A stretch of 62,129 nt of DNA, counting the filler, from Nemertoderma westbladi (taxonomy: Eukaryota > Animalia > Xenacoelomorpha): the NCBI GenBank assembly GCA_032718475.1. It is 3 parts of 3 records of this genome, joined end to end, with 100 filler letters (N's around TTAATTAATTAA, not from the genome) between each part and the next. Parts side by side here need not be neighbours in the genome. Positions count along the whole stretch, not along the records: positions 1 to 18,696 come from JAUCBJ010003914.1; positions 18,797 to 43,043 come from JAUCBJ010004467.1; 1 more part is not named here. One strand, written 5' to 3'. This document shows, piece after piece, positions 12,901-25,699 of the stretch (its first letter is position 1; every line of letters starts with the position of its first letter). Under the pieces are notes generated by a model, which was not told where the DNA came from, did not search any database, and saw only the letters and a program-made list of their open reading frames with translations. The translations under genes and the position numbers were made by a program.

Positions 12901-15900
12901 AGTAGCTTTCAGTTTAACAATATACATCGTAGGTTTGTCGTTTTTGACTGGACATCGATACTTTGTCAACAGGATTCGAGTTTTCACTATCAAGTTTAAG
13001 CTCACTCCTCAGAAAATCGTAAATTGAGTTTACTGGCATTAGTCTGAAGGGGGAGACCAAAGATAAAAATATTATGTTCTCGCGTCTGTTGTTCAGATAT
13101 TTCTCCGCTGATATCATCCATTGATAAGTATTAATTTACATATTTGTTCAGCCACCCGGACCCACTAAAATCCACAGTTATTTTTTCATGGATGGGGCTG
13201 GGTCTGTGAAACATCGGGATTCGAGAACAGAGAGTCGTTCTCCAAACAAGCTTTGGTTACAATTGATGCCATTGTACTGATTTCACTCTTTAGAGTCGAT
13301 ATAGATTCCACAAACTTTGAAGAATCCGATTTTCCAATCTCTGGCATTCCTTTGGATTAGCATTGTTTTCTTGCATTTAGCAAGGATTTTTATTTCGGAC
13401 GTCGACAGGTTTAAACATGCTGCGTGGATCCGGGACCCATGGATATCACAACGGTGACATCCTGTGCCGGCAATCGCTTTGTAGCAATGAGGACAGATAT
13501 TGCCTTGCTGTATTCCGAACAACGATCGTCATAAGTATCCTTCTCGATGAACAGGGTGGAACAGAAGTTACAAGTATACAGTTTAGACATTTCCAGTTTG
13601 TTTGTCAGACTTTTTGTCGTCTGTTTCGATTTTCTCCAATCAGCAATTTCGTATTTTTGCTTGAAATCGACAATATACAATATATTAATAAAATAATTAT
13701 AATCGGTTAACACAGTTTACAAGCAGGATTTAGTTAGGTTGTTGTATGTATGTATGTATGTTTATTAATGACTTAGATTGTACAGAGTAACATTGAAAAT
13801 ATATATACTAAATGTTGCACTAGTCCAAGGAAAATATAGCATTAACTAAAGCTAAAGAGAATATAATTATAACACGAGAAAAATGTGAAAAATGTAGTTA
13901 TATTTATTGTCGTTCGAATGTTGCACATAAGTAATCGGAAAAATAACTAAATATGGATAGATTAGTATTACAGTAAAATTCAAAACGATACAAGATACAA
14001 CGGATGCAATACGGGGTTAGTTTGTCATGAGCATATATGGCGCAAAAACACAAGAAAGTAAATAAATAAATAAATAATTAGGCTTAACTAAAATAAATAA
14101 TTGTGCAACTTGATAAATTAATAGTTGACTAGGTAATTAAATTTAAGTTTATCAAGGAACAGTTATAATGAAAAATAATTAATAATATCAATATAATATG
14201 TAACCAATAGTACATATATATTTACCAATATATATGTACATTACAGTACACAAAATATATAACAACTAATTCAAACTATCTACTTAAATGATTATATTGT
14301 GGTGGCAATAGTTTTTATAATGAATATTTTTTGATGTTATCTAAGGTACCACTGTGGTTATTGGGTATAACATGGGCGGTGTCAAGCAAATCCTAGGTAT
14401 ATGTATAACAATTACTTTATTATGTAATCCAATAAATAAAAATAATTATATACCTGGCGCACAACATCCATGTATCATTGTTAATTAAACCGGGGCACAA
14501 CTTTGACACCATTTCATTGAGGGTGGGATATTTGTTGATGTCCGCCAAGATTCCTAACCGATTTAGTACCGGTAAGTCCGTTTTGGTCTCCACATTCAGA
14601 TAATACTTCAAATCATCGCAGGGTAGGCGGCATTTCTTATTGCAGCTCTGCTTTGCTTCATAATACTTTATTTTATAAATCATTTCTAACAAATAAAATA
14701 TCGTTTTAATTACTGATATGAAGCTATTTTATGTTTTAAGTAATTCAACATCTGGCCAACTTCATGGTTTAACTATATTAAAAATAATAATGGTTTAAAG
14801 ATTATTTGTATATTGTTTTGTAGAGTAGTCAGGGTAGCTCAGTTGGTTGATGATCACCAGTGAAACAGGCGGTATAACTCCCCACCAAATATGACTCCCC
14901 AGTCTTCTCAGCCTAGGCGTAGAACACTCCCCAGTTTTCTCCCTAGATTTCTTAATTAACGGAAAGGAGCAGGTTACAGTGGCGGGCTTTTCTAACCAAA
15001 ACAAAAAACGATATCTCAATAGCATAGGTTACAGTTTAATTTTTGCAATATACGCAAATAACACAGGTACGGATATGAATTATAACTCAATTAGGGGGGT
15101 CATCTCAGCCTAAGGGGAGTCATCTCAGCCTAAGGGGAGTGTTCTCAGCCTAGGCTGAGATAACTGGGGAGTCATTTCAAGAGGGAGTTATCTCAGCGAT
15201 GTACACCGGTCCTCCAATCTATTGGCTTTAGGTTAAGCCCCATCTGGGTCCACTTAGCCTTTTTTTATCTAGGGACGATAAATTTACTACCAGTTAAAAA
15301 TTACAGGAAGCAACAAATTGGATATGAGTAACGCCCACTGCTACCTTCAGTTAGCAGGTATCGAGAGCATTAGGGTCGCCTCTGGATTCGGTCGAATGTG
15401 TTTATTGTTGTTTAGTTTGACTCTGAAAGTGAATTGAGCTACGTGTTGCTTACTGCCCCTTGATTTTAAAGACCCAGAACTCAGTCGCATCTCCATATAA
15501 GAAAACAAATCCTTATCAAGATCCACCGGGAGTTTCGTCAACTGGCTCCCGTCACAATTATTTTATGGCAACTGGTTTGTCAGATGATTGGTGGGGTGGG
15601 GGTTATACCAGCTACAAAGGGGTTGGTGTCAACCATTGACGTTTTGAAAACATTGCCCTCCCTTGAATATGAATATACATCGCCAACTGCAGGGATGTTT
15701 GTCTTACAAAAATAAAAATTAGATACATTACACTATTTACATCATCATTTTCAGCGTTATGACCAGTAAGCTGAGCTAATAAGTTGACATATAGTAACAA
15801 AAAAATAAACTCACTTGTTTTTAGTACACAATTGACATATTTGTCTGGATCGCATATTTCAACACCTGTCATGTTTCCTCCAAGTATTTCTTCTGCACAT

Positions 15901-18369
15901 TGACATGTTGCAAAAATATAATCTGAAACACACTCGATGACACAGGCTGATTGAGAGTAATTGGCATAGTATTTGAGTCTACTTTCGGGGGAGTTATTGT
16001 AAACACACTTATTCCTTGATGTGTACTGGCGGTGAATCTGGAGGATAATAAAGGATTAAAGGATTTAAATACACTGGAAGAGAAGGGTAATAATACTCAA
16101 TAAGGCAAATTATAATTGTTGTCATATTTATATTGCAACATTTTTAATTGCGCCTAGTAATAAAAGTTTAATTGGCTCAGTAGCATTTACATTAACCATT
16201 AAGTCAAATAATCATAAACTTAAGATTAATAGGTACTCATAATTATCTATCACCTTAGTCAGTGATACACCAATATTTGTTTTCGTTCCCGCGTAGAGTT
16301 CCAACGTGGTTGAAGATAAAAGATTTGGAATGTTATTCAATGGATGCAATGCCAACAGTAAGTTGGGTTTATTCCAACTAGTTAATTCTTCATTTAAAAA
16401 ATCAGTGAATTCATACTCCTCAAGGTTCATCATCAATGTAATTTCTGAGAGCTTCCCTAAAAAAATCAGTTTAAATATAATATAATGATTTAATAATTGC
16501 CTAAAATTAACTTGACTGAAAGACATAAACGGATACGTTGCAGGATCTTACAGTAGCAAATTAATACAACTCTAGTGATTCATAATTATGACTTTGATCC
16601 AGGTTGAAGTGGATTGCTTTTTTAAAGGTGAAATAAATACCCTGTCCAATTATCAGGGTCACAATTCAGACGATGTCTTTGGGGGGGAAGGGGGGGGGGG
16701 GGGGGGGGGGGGGGGGGCTGGTGTAGATTTCGCACAGTTGAAGATTAAAACCATGTCGTGTAATTAAACACATGTTATTACGCCTCTGGTAAATAAACAG
16801 ATCAAAATTTTTAGAATTCTGAAAATACCCACAGAAGCATTTAAACATTCGTGCACCATATTTCTGTATTTTTGAATTAATATAAGTACGTACGTATGAC
16901 ACAATTTTGTTTTAATATTTACAGCAGTTTCCACAATATGTGCTTTATTATTTAAACATTTCGGAAATATATTTATATTTCTCCAATATATTACTCAGTA
17001 TAATATGCTATATACTATCTAATAGTTATCATTCGCTAATAAACATATTTTTTTTACCTGTGTGAGTTTTATTTCGGCCGGGTAGTGTATAACACGTTCC
17101 ATCTTCATCGCTATAAATTTGATAAAAATCATTTGCGCTACAATTAGTATTCAGATCCATATCTATGCAGCTGTAAGAATAACAAAATGCCCTTCAAATA
17201 GTTGCATTGTGGTCGTAAAATAAAATGTTTTACATCTTCATAAATATATACATTTTTACCAGTTCTTATTTTATCTTCAATATACATTCAAATATATTCT
17301 TTGATACGTCAGATGATTTCTGGGTTTCTAAACATAAATTATTTGCAATAATTACTTGCTGTGTTTATATATATACTAGGCCTACTACTAAGTTTCATAC
17401 CTCAATATTGTATCGTTGATTCGATGAGTTGCCTCTTTTCTCGATTTCTTCTCGGAGTTTAGATCAAGTTTTCTGAATATGTCATCTTTTAATTCCTGGC
17501 TAATTTCCCGTGAGTCGAGACTATCGATTACGTCCTTGTCACCGGTGAACCGCTCATATAGAAAACTCAATCTACAGTAGGTAGATAAATAAATTTATTG
17601 TTTGGTGCATTGTTTTCGTATACATTTACATACGTTCTCCCTAGTTGTCGCAATTTCATTTATCTCAAGTCCAATATCCTTTTCAAGTTCGAAAAATATA
17701 TTTTATATCCTTGAAATACGAATTTATTATCTTCGATAAAAAATCAGTATTTTATTGAGGATAAATATTGCCGATAAATTAATCTATTTAAGAATTTACA
17801 ATCTATTTATCGATTTACTAGATTACTATTTATAGATATACGATGTGTAAACTTTAGATATTGTTAAATGAGATTGGGTTAAGTTAATCATCAATAAGTT
17901 AAGCCCCAGATTTATAGCTGAAGGTATTCTATATTTCAACAATTATTGAATTCACCTGATCTGATTTCTATAACAAATGGTTAAACTAGGTGCCGGTATT
18001 CCTGTGTCATTGTCCAATACTTTGGTTACAATAAGAGAAGAAGTTTCTTCATTTAAATATACGTGGGAGACCGAATCTATTTGAATGCAACACATAGTGA
18101 AGCAGCCCAGAAACATAGCGACCCACAAAAACCTAAAATATTAAATTATTTTTGTGTATTATAATAGCACAGTCGGTAATCGGGACCGATCTTGGTACAA
18201 ACTGGATCTCATATGGACCGATCCGAGATACAATCTGGTATCTCGCAGTCATCTATCGACAACCCAACTGATCTTATACTACTTATTTGGCACTACGAAT
18301 AAGCGCCGGTAAATATATATTTACACTGCACTGCTCCTGTCTGCAGTTGGTGTTAGTGGCTGTTGGGAA

Positions 18370-18414
<45 letters not shown>

Positions 18415-18613
18415 CTCTTTTTTCTTTTCTCAATCACACTATCAGATCTACCCAAAGACGTGTTTATGTGTACCGGCACAACCGGCCTAACTGCTATACT
18501 GTGCTATATTATTATAGAAGTTAACTGAATTCCCACATTTTATACAACCTTCGCAGCCTACACAGTTGTAGAATATTTTTATTTACTTTTTGAAATATTT
18601 TCAATAATTCCAT
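6803..18613 (-). CDS. DEG/ENaC (ASIC/pickpocket-like) sodium channel subunit, 9 exons, ~471 aa
   Basis: Exons 18613-18549 (tentative), 18132-17956, 17571-17401, 17170-17058, 16456-16254, 16037-15815, 14685-14454, 7518-7412, 6927-6803. All introns are GT-AG, phases match, total 1416 nt. Motifs: TM1 FLWVAMFLGCF, PSLTIC, GTCYT, thumb YSQSACVIEC...CQC and C..C..PC..Y, TM2 EIGGTLGLYLGASILTMCE. Confidence 0.92.
7412..7518 (-). CDS. DEG/ENaC exon 8 (pre-TM2 beta strands)
   Basis: KAMNNNVILVHIYMDYNDYTEVTEKLVYD; phase 2 start matches the upstream exon; the 3' boundary is slightly uncertain. Confidence 0.8.
8160..9560 (-). mobile_element. Decayed CR1/L2-group LINE RT fragments within the DEG/ENaC intron
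   Basis: Remnants such as WCPYLEKYINILGRMQR, PGPDKIP and KGSKADPDNCRPVS, with many stops and frameshifts. Confidence 0.7.
9740..9960 (+). mobile_element. LINE ORF2 C-terminal fragment (zinc-knuckle region)
   Basis: RIRTSSHSLAIEQGRYNRTPREERLCKSGSVKDESHFALKCPNY. Confidence 0.7.
10272..10487 (+). mobile_element. tRNA-derived SINE with an L2-like 3' tail
   Basis: B-box GGTTCGAATCC, core gtgtccctaggcaagacactt, 3' aagcgctttgag...aagcgctatataaat, then (ATT)n. Confidence 0.75.
10690..10895. repeat. Dispersed repeat; inverted copy at ~57015-57240
   Basis: ttttaaacgttaataactc...tatccaaacttggtaca...ggcaaaagtt...gtgggg is reverse-complementary to 57017-57135. Confidence 0.65.
12250..13600 (-). mobile_element. 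Decayed L2/CR1-type LINE 5' part (PHD-finger ORF1 and APE endonuclease remnants)
   Basis: CPHC...CHRCDIH..RIHAACLNLS is PHD-like; remnants such as RGDGVALLI lie near 12530-12570. Confidence 0.6.
14454..14685 (-). CDS. DEG/ENaC exon 7
   Basis: CNKKCRLPCDDLKY thumb motif; tag acceptor and gtat donor. Confidence 0.88.
14860..15210. mobile_element. Small MITE-like inverted-repeat element
   Basis: atgactccccagt..tctcagcctaggc..agaacactcccc is mirrored by ggggagtgttctcagcctaggctgagataactggggagtcat. It contains the aaaggagcaggttacag motif shared with ~45100-45310, 52930-53230 and 54680. Confidence 0.6.
15815..16037 (-). CDS. DEG/ENaC exon 6 (Cys-rich thumb)
   Basis: LKYYANYSQSACVIECVSDYIFATCQC...ICDPDKYVNCV; cag acceptor and gtgagt donor. 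Confidence 0.9.
16254..16456 (-). CDS. DEG/ENaC exon 5
   Basis: LSEITLMMNLEEYEF...LLALH...ELYAGTKTNIGVS; phases consistent with both neighbours. Confidence 0.88.
17058..17170 (-). CDS. DEG/ENaC exon 4
   Basis: CIDMDLNTNCSANDFYQIYSDEDGTCYTL, matching the C..DF....T..G.CYTF motif. Confidence 0.88.
17401..17571 (-). CDS. DEG/ENaC exon 3
   Basis: LSFLYERFT...HRINDTIL(S); phase 2 at both ends, fitting the neighbours. Confidence 0.82.
17956..18132 (-). CDS. DEG/ENaC exon 2 (TM1 and PxxTIC motif)
   Basis: FLWVAMFLGCFTMCCIQI...GIPAPSLTICYRNQIR. Confidence 0.9.
18549..18613 (-). CDS. Candidate first exon of the DEG/ENaC gene
   Basis: MELLKIFQKVNKNILQLCRLR(R) ends in phase 2 at ag|gttgta. It has no HG motif, and the true first exon could lie beyond the gap. 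Confidence 0.4.
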
Positions 18614-18696
18614 TTTCGAATAAAAATTCAATTTTTAATCTAACATTTAAATTAAAACCACTTAGAGTACCATAACCAAGTAAACGCATTAAAAAT

Positions 18697-18796
18697 NNNN
18701 NNNNNNNNNNNNNNNNNNNNNNNNNNNNNNNNNNNNNNNNTTAATTAATTAANNNNNNNNNNNNNNNNNNNNNNNNNNNNNNNNNNNNNNNNNNNN
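18697..18796. other. Artificial assembly gap linker (N44-TTAATTAATTAA-N44)
   Basis: Symmetric N runs around a 12-mer with stops in all six frames; an identical linker lies at 43044-43143. Confidence 0.97.
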
Positions 18797-18877
18797 CTGA
18801 CCAATCTGAAAGCAAGAAATATCCGTTGGTGCATACAGACACCCAGGACAGCGGATTGGGCGCCTCATTGTCCACAG
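18797..18877 (+). CDS. Possible partial exon of an unknown gene at the contig start
   Basis: GC-richer open segment DQSESKKYPLVHTDTQDSGLGASLST ending at a strong cag|gtaag donor. Confidence 0.3.
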
Positions 18878-19715
18878 GTAAGACATATTATATTATGTTT
18901 GTATATGTTTGTTTATATTGAATATCGTAGCTTAAGTGTCATAAGGATAAGGCCCTAAGTCAAAGAGCCTACAAAAGATATCGAAAGATATGATGGCCTT
19001 TCTGCAGGAAGATATTGCCCAATAGAAATGTCGGATTTCACTTTACCACGTAATAATCATCACTTCCCATTGGATAAAATATTCAAAACTTCACCAGCTA
19101 ATACAGCATGTCTTAAAGCAACGATATATATATATGAATTAGATGGTGTTTCTTTTTATTCGAAGTTTTTTTAACATGTAAAACATACAATATTGGTATA
19201 AATATATATAAAAAATATCCCCCACCAAACAGTTAGACTATCACCAGCTGATAGGTTGGTTGCTAGGCTACCAACCAAACATACACACATAAATAGCATT
19301 TTTTTCCAAAATTGTAACATTACTCAACGTCATTAGCATTAACAGTGAGTTGTTATTTAGCACTTAACAACTTTAGATGACATTACAGCATTGTATTGGC
19401 CTGTAGTACATTTAGTATTGTATTGGTATTGTAATGTCCCTTGTTTATGTATAACCAATGACGGCGAGATGTAAAGTTACGGCGCCACTGGTTACCATGT
19501 AAACAATAGGTGGCATTTACAATTAATTGCCTGACAGCCAGATAGGCCTACTTTTTTTTATATCATAAAACACCCGGACGAGCCGGTATTATATTAGATA
19601 AAATATATATATACGGAATACATATACATATATAAGTGGGTACGCATGGTTTATCATTGGCAATAGGATAAAGATAACATAGGTAAATAAAGTGCACATA
19701 TATTTGGGCAAAACG

Positions 19716-20246
19716 TGTGACGGGATCCAGGAGGGATCCCGATTTATCCGGTATTTAGTTCACGCGTCCCCGCCGTGTATAAAGAGTGAATGAAAGTAAA
19801 ATGAGTTCTGAAGTTCGGTGTATAATAATAAAGGTATAAGATATAGATATATTGTATAGTATATGGAAGGCGGGATACGGTAACTAAAAGTCCCGTGCTC
19901 CCCTATCTAAACTAACTAACCTATGCTAGCACTACTGCACTGAGATAACTGAATTACTGATATTGGGTTACTGGTTATATTGCACGGTTGGCCTAATTAC
20001 TACCTAATCGATGCCTTGCCCCCCTCTGATTGGTTGATACCCTTGTTGGCACCCTGTGGAGTGTTCCCGTTCACTCCACCTGTTCTCTCTGGGTTAGGGG
20101 TTTGGCCCCTGACCCTTATTGTGTGGTTCTCCTTCCCACTCTCATTGGGATGGCACGAGTTGGTTAATTACCCAATCTCGTGGCTCCCAATATTGCTTAT
20201 CGGCTTATAACATTATGGGGCGTTAGCGGGATTGAATAAGCTAACA
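19716..20246 (-). repeat. 3' LTR of element A
   Basis: Plus strand tgtgacgggatcc...aataagctaaca; direct repeat of 32783-33313. Confidence 0.95.
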
Positions 20247-20559
20247 CTCCCCCCCCATGCTATCTTCCCGGTAAGAAGATAGCATCAACCAAAAAAGTGC
20301 GCTACAATCCCGCTGGATCCCGATCTTGTATCGGGTGTGGGGTGGAATTCTTTTCTCTCGGAGTCGGCTTTCCAGGCCGCCCCCTATGGGTATGATAACG
20401 CTACCCATGTGTGCCTGGCGTCTCATGTCGGGCCGATCGCGCTCACCTCTCACGCAACTTTTGTTTCCCCAACACTTTCGCCCTGACTCTACTCTTCCTC
20501 TCCTCCCCCCCCACGCTTGAATTGCGCCCACACTCTCTCCACACTATCTCCATACCACC

Positions 20560-21800
20560 TCTCGCTATCTCTCTTGCCCTCCCTAAGGCCCTAATCTCTA
20601 ATGCTACCCCTGTGCTATCATACCATCTACCTACTGCTTACTAACTCTAACTATCTAACTCTACTAACTACTAACTCTACTCTACTAACTCAACTACCTG
20701 GCACCCTATGTGCCCGTCTCTACTACTCTACTACCTCTAGCTCTCTAACTCTACTACCTGGCACCCTATGTGCCCTCTCTACTATTCTACTCTCTGGCAC
20801 CCTATGTGCCTTCTCTACTAATCTACTCTCTGGCACCCTATGTGCCCTCTCTACTACCTCTAACACTCTACTCTACTACCTGGCACCCTATGTGCCCTCT
20901 CTACTACTCTACTCTATCTCTAACTTTACTCTCTGGCACCCTATGTGCCTTCTCTACTAATCTACTCTCTGGCACCCTATGTGCCCTCTCTACTACCTCT
21001 AACACTCTACTCTACTACCTGGCACCCTATGTGCCCTCTCTGCTACTCTACTCTATCTCTAACTTACCTCCTTTGCATCTACTCCCTTTACGTCTACTCG
21101 CCTACACGTGACGCTCTGAATGCCGGCAGAGTGGGTACGTTAATCATGTGAACTACTACTAACTCTTACTAACTCTACTAACTCTCTACTAACTCTTACT
21201 AACTCTTTTTGTGCCCGGCACCTCTTGTGCCCGGCACCTTCTAACTCTACTAACTCCTTTTGTGCCCGGCACCTCTTGTGCCCGGCACCTTCTAATTAGC
21301 ATACCCTGCTCTTACATCAAACACATCATCACGCCCATGCCCCACTAAGTTCAGCGCATTCCCTACTAACTCTAACTAGGTGGCGCTTACGGTGCCCACA
21401 ACCTCTACTGCTACTTCCATCTACGTGGCGCTTATGGTGCCCACAACCCTCTACTGCTCTACTAACACTCCTAACCAGCGGTACTACGTACCCTCTTACT
21501 ACTCTAGCTCTCTCTACTAGCTAGCGGTACAACGTACCCTCCTACTACTCTAGCTCTCTCTACTAGCTAGCGGTACTACGTACCCTCTAACTCTCCTCTA
21601 ACTAACGGTACTACGTACCCTCTAACTCTCTAACTAACTAGCGGTACTACGTACCCTCTAACTCTAACTAACTAGCGGTACTTACGTACCCTCTAACTCT
21701 CTAACTAACTAGCGGTACTTACGTACCCTCTAACCCTCTAACTAACTATCGGTACTACGTACCACCCTTTAACTAACTAATTCTTACTACCTAACTTCTA
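20560..21800 (-). repeat. Hairpin-unit repeat array in the 3' UTR of element A
   Basis: 8x GGCACcctatGTGCC, 4x GTGCCcGGCAC, 2x gtggcgctta.ggtgcccac and 8x GGTACtacGTACC, separated by CTA/CTCT-rich linkers. Confidence 0.85.
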
Positions 21801-21856
21801 CCTACTCTATTATTTAATTATTTTCATTAATTTTAATTAAATAATTATTTTATATT

Positions 21857-24778
21857 TTATGCGTGGGAAGGGCGTCTCGCCCTCATTCCCACCCCCTCAG
21901 TCCAAAACTTTGGACGACTAAAAACTCTCACGTGCCCCTTCTTCCAGTAGGCACTCTCCTGCTGCCCTCCTATATGTCCTCTAATTCTTCGCCACACTCT
22001 CTTCGGTGCCACCTTTGCTGGCCTCCCCCTTCGTATGTGCGCTGGCATTAGAGCCCTCGACGACCCCCGCTCGTCCCTCGGTATACGCGGTGTCTGCCCA
22101 TATAATGCCCCCTCGCACTGTGTCAGCCTTGCGTGTGTATGCAACACGCCTCCTTCTACTTTCCCGACTCCTTTGCTCATGGACTTCTCTACCCCTGGTT
22201 TAGTCCTTTCACATCTTCTCCCTTTCCAACACTCTCCGGATCTGTGTCCTTTTACCACACATCTATGACATAGTCCGTTTGCGTCTGTGTAGGCTACACG
22301 ATCTCGTTTGGGCAACGCTTGCCAGTACTTGCAACTCCTGGTCTTATGGGTTCCGTCCCGATGTAATTGACATTGGAATCCTGTATTATAGCGTTTCCTG
22401 TATAGTCCTTCACGTATCGCGCTTAGGTTTATATGTACCGATTTAATGTTTTGGTTGTCTAGACTCGGCCTACTGGGTATATTGGGATTGTGTTTATTTT
22501 TGGTGTTATTTTCTTCCTGTCCCCGCCACGGTGTGGCCCTGCTACCTGCTAACTGTGGACTAGCAGTCCCCTGTACGGCCGCGTGTGGTGGTGACTGTCC
22601 GCACGACCTGTTCTCGTCCAGGGAGTTCGATGTTCTTGCTCCTATCGGGGTATATTGTCGATATTGTGATGGGGGAATGTCACCCTGTCCCCCCCCCAGC
22701 CGGTATGTTTGGTACTGGGGTTGATGTTAATACATTGGGGCCCATACGTCTATCTCCAATAACTCCCCCCTCCCCTGGATATATGTTATGTCCCTGTGTA
22801 TTATAGTCATGCTGCTGTACCGATATAGGCCTACCTACCTCTCGCCTACCTACCGGTATGTACTCCACGACTTCCGGGTTTAATCCCGTCGTTCGCGCTA
22901 CCCCATCGCCTACTCTATCTCTCCCAGCATGGCCTATAATAGTATGTGCAGTAAGGCCTACAGTATGTCCTGCAGTCTGCATGTGCCCTTCCGAACCGAA
23001 GTTTATTCTTCGCGAATCTCGAATCTCCCCGCGACTACCGCACTCTCGATCGGCAGCTATATCCCGTCGGGAAGCTTTTCTTCGATCCCCTCTCCTGTTC
23101 TCGACTTTGTAGTGGTACCTCCTGTACCCCTCTCTTGGCGTGCGGTGCGTTTCTCCGGGGCGACGGCAATCTCCCGAAGTTCGACCCCACTGGCTCCCTG
23201 ACTCCATCTCTACTGTCGACGGTCCGTTATCCATCCTCGCACTGCTATCGTTCGTGGCGACACTTCTTCTACTATCTTCTCTTCTTCTCTTTTCTGTGTA
23301 GTATTCCGGCTCGTGAGGTCTCTCGTCGACCTCCCGGTTAAACTCCATTGTTCTTCTTCCCTCTTCTAATCGGGCTCGACGCTTCGTCTGCCCTCTCGCG
23401 ACGTCAACCTGCCTCTCTCTGCTCGATCGCACGCCGCTGGGGATACTCGCAATCCCCCTATTACTCTCCATCGCCGGGTGTTGCGGTTTACCTGATTCGG
23501 CCCGCGCATTATCCGCTGACGGCTGTGGGACACTCTCTGCCCCCCCTCTCTCTCTACTAATCCCTCGCGGTGGGGTGCCCGTAGCCCCCCCCCACCCGCT
23601 ACTTCTAACTTCACTATATCTTACTACACTTCTGCGTCCCTCTTGTCGGACACTCTCTACCCCCTTTCTCTCGCCACTAATCTTCTGTGGTGGGGCGCCC
23701 GTAGCCCCCCCCCACCCGCCACTTCTAACTTCACTACCTCCTACTACACTTCTACACCCCTCTTGTGGGGCATTCTCTGCCCCCCCTCTCTCGCCGCTAA
23801 TCTCATGTGGTGGGGCGCCCGTGGCCCCCCCCCCACCCGCCACATCTAACTTCACTATCTCTTACTTCGTCTCTACACCCCTCTCTAGTCGACGCACTGT
23901 CTCTACTGCGGCCGGGTCTATTCACCCCCGCCTCTCTCTCTGCTACTGCGTGGCCCACCAGGCCCACTTCGGGTTGGCTCAACCCCGCTACCTCCTGCCT
24001 ACCATCTACATGGCCTACCAGGCCGCCGTCGGGTTGGCTCAGCCCCGCCACCTCCTGCCTACTAACTGCGTGGCCTACCAGGCAGCCGCCTGCCGGGCTA
24101 TACACGTCTGGCACGCTCATATTAATAGCACCATTCCCAATATTATTTGTTAAATCAATTAAATTATTAGAATTTGAAACGGGATTATTATTTAAATTAT
24201 TTAAATTAGAATTGTTATTATTTTCAAAATTTAAATTATTATTCGAATTATTTGAATTATTCTGGATATTTGAATTAATATTATTATTTGAATTTAAATT
24301 TAAATTACTACTACCAGGTAAAATATTTCCTGTAATAAAGGGATTAGGGTTATCTACTACGGTACTATTAATATTAACTATTTCTAACGTACTACTACTA
24401 CCCCCCCCCCCCCCCCCCCCCCCCCCCCCGCCCGTACGGCTACACCAGTTCTGGTTCTCTCGCCCGGTGTATGTAAGTGGGGTCTCACTCTCTGATAGTT
24501 CCAACCGCGCCAGTTCTAGTCGGCGCTGATTCAGTTTGGCTTGATATTGCGTAAGCCACTCTAGTCGGGCACGCAAATCACCCTGCACGCGCTTACTCTC
24601 CATCTCTCTCTCCTGATCTCTACACTCCTCGGCTCTCTCTCTATCCTCCCTTTCCCACTCTCTAACACCCTGGGCTAGCTCCGCAATTTCTAAATCATAC
24701 GCCAGATTTATCTCCCGCACCCTTCTTTCTTTTGCGGAGGACGTAGCAGACTTATCGGTTGCGACGGACTCCCACCGC
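21857..24778 (-). pseudogene. Gag remnant of element A (central capsid region deleted, frameshifted), 3' part
   Basis: ORFs 23803-24720, 22680-23855 and 21857-22315 are homologous to element B gag. About 800 bp of the DUF1759-like core is missing at ~22600. GLCHRCVVKGHRSGEC is retained. Confidence 0.85.
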
Positions 24779-25320
24779 TGTGACGGGATCCAGGAGGGAT
24801 CCCGGTTTATCCGGTGTTTAGTTCACGCGTCCCCGCCGTGTGTGAAGAGTAAAATGAGTTCGTGATCGTTCGGTGTATATAATGATCAGGCATAAAGATA
24901 TAGATATGGATATAGGTTGTTGTACACGGAAGGCGGGATACGGTAACTAAAGTCCCGGTCCTTCCCTAGCTAAACTATCTAACCTAACTAGCACCAATAT
25001 GATACTGGGATAACTGAACTGGTATGATTACTGGTTACTGGTTATATTGCACGGTGGCCTTATTGCTGTACCTCAATCGATGCCTTTCCCCCCTCTGATT
25101 GGCTGATACCCCTGTTGGCGCCCTTTGGAGTGTTCCCGTTCACTCCACCTGTTCTCTTTGGGTTAGGGGTTTGGCCCCTGACCTCCATTGTGTGTTTCTC
25201 CTTCCCTTCCCACTTTATTGGGGTGACACGAGGTTGATATTGGTAATCAACCTCGTGCTCCCAATATTGCTTTATGGCTCACTTTATGGGGTTTGGTGAG
25301 GCGGAATTGATTCGCTAACA
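24779..25320 (-). repeat. 3' LTR of element B
   Basis: tgtgacgggatcc...ttcgctaaca, followed on plus by ctcccccccc (PPT on minus). Confidence 0.95.
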
Positions 25321-25699
25321 CTCCCCCCCATGCTATCTTCCCGGTGAGAAGATAGCATCAACCTCTAAGTGCGCTTCAATTCCGCTGGAACTCGATCTAT
25401 TATCGGGTGTGGGGTGGAGTTATTTTCTTGGAGTCGGCTTTCCAGGCCGCTCCCTATGGGTATGATCTCACTACCCTCTGGCGTCTCGTGTCGGGCCGAT
25501 CGTGCGCTTCTCTCACACAATTTTTGTTTCCCCAACACTCTCACCACTCTAACTCCGCTCTCTGACTCAACTCGCTCTTACCCTCTCCCCACACCTGAAT
25601 CGCACTCTTCTCTCTCGCCAACAGTTCCTCTCACTATCTCCTCTCTACTCTCTGCCACTCTCTAAGGCCCTAATCTCTAATGCTATCCCTGTGCTATCA

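Noticed and set aside
17258-17330. Possible extra DEG/ENaC exon
   Set aside because: It has stops in all frames up to the obvious donor, and the flanking exons already splice in phase without it.
18370-18411. Long poly-C/poly-G runs as G-quadruplex or poly-Pro coding signals
   Set aside because: Such runs are scattered throughout the window, often inside MITE ends, and their lengths are unreliable; there is no specific evidence of function.
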